Below are positions 63,829-64,000 of a stretch of DNA of 64,000 nucleotides, piece after piece. How positions within the stretch are numbered: the stretch's first letter is position 1; every line of letters starts with the position of its first letter. The DNA lies in the IMG/VR virus record IMGVR_UViG_3300030095_006218; one strand, written 5' to 3'. The stretch is from an uncultured virus (IMG/VR IMGVR_UViG_3300030095_006218). Lineage: Duplodnaviria > Heunggongvirae > Uroviricota > Caudoviricetes. A model generated the notes under the pieces. That model was not told where the DNA came from and did no database searches. It was given only the letters and a program-made list of their open reading frames with translations. A program made the translations under genes and the position numbers.

Positions 63829-64000
63829 CTACCATTCAACCGGATCATTCGCCAGAAAGCGAATGTCCTGTACTGGTACTGTGGGCTTTGCCTTTAGTGG
63901 CGCAACTCCCGGTGGCACCTCCCCCTCGACCATCCCGCCGTGCTTTGCGATGACGAGCGCCACACGTGCGACCGGCACAAAGCCATATACAGTGTTAGTC
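63829..64000 (-). CDS. 3' part of a hypothetical phage protein
   Basis: TNTVYGFVPVARVALVIAKHGG...W*. Confidence 0.55.
   Translation of the reverse strand, partial: TNTVYGFVPVARVALVIAKHGGMVEGEVPPGVAPLKAKPTVPVQDIRFLANDPVEW

Noticed and set aside
1..64000. Stop-codon reassignment
   Set aside because: Recognisable enzymes are full length under the standard code and end at TAA, TAG or TGA; no suppressor tRNA seen.

Overview
This 64-kb window is best read as part of a large (jumbo-type) tailed-phage genome from a scaffolded assembly with five 10-N gaps. That is an inference from dense, almost entirely minus-strand genes, many orphan ORFs, tRNAs plus tmRNA, PhoH, UvsE, a solo Cas4/AddB-like nuclease, a tubulin/FtsZ homolog and no ribosomal or other core housekeeping operons; no capsid or terminase gene is in view. 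Blocks from left to right: (1) 1-26 kb, a large nucleotide-sugar/glycosyltransferase cluster with an embedded IscA-IscU-IscA Fe-S module and a radical SAM enzyme. (2) 26-37 kb, nuclease, PIN-PhoH, SpoU methylase, UvsE, four tRNAs, eukaryote-type phosphomannomutase and tmRNA. (3) 37-51 kb, probable late/virion genes sharing an N-terminal MKITKSKLKEIIKEE-type leader, plus a ligase-like/HxGH fusion, a tubulin and a kinase. (4) About 52-52.7 kb, a non-coding region with a TGTNACA array. (5) 52.7-64 kb, a probable early region with sigma70 promoters carrying a CGGACA-N5-TGTCCG palindrome, a MoxR-type ATPase/VWA pair, and a tandem array of about 50-60 aa MQVGDLV microgenes joined by a conserved dual-coding junction repeat. 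That array is the most unusual structure seen. All product calls come from reading motifs by eye; no searches were run.
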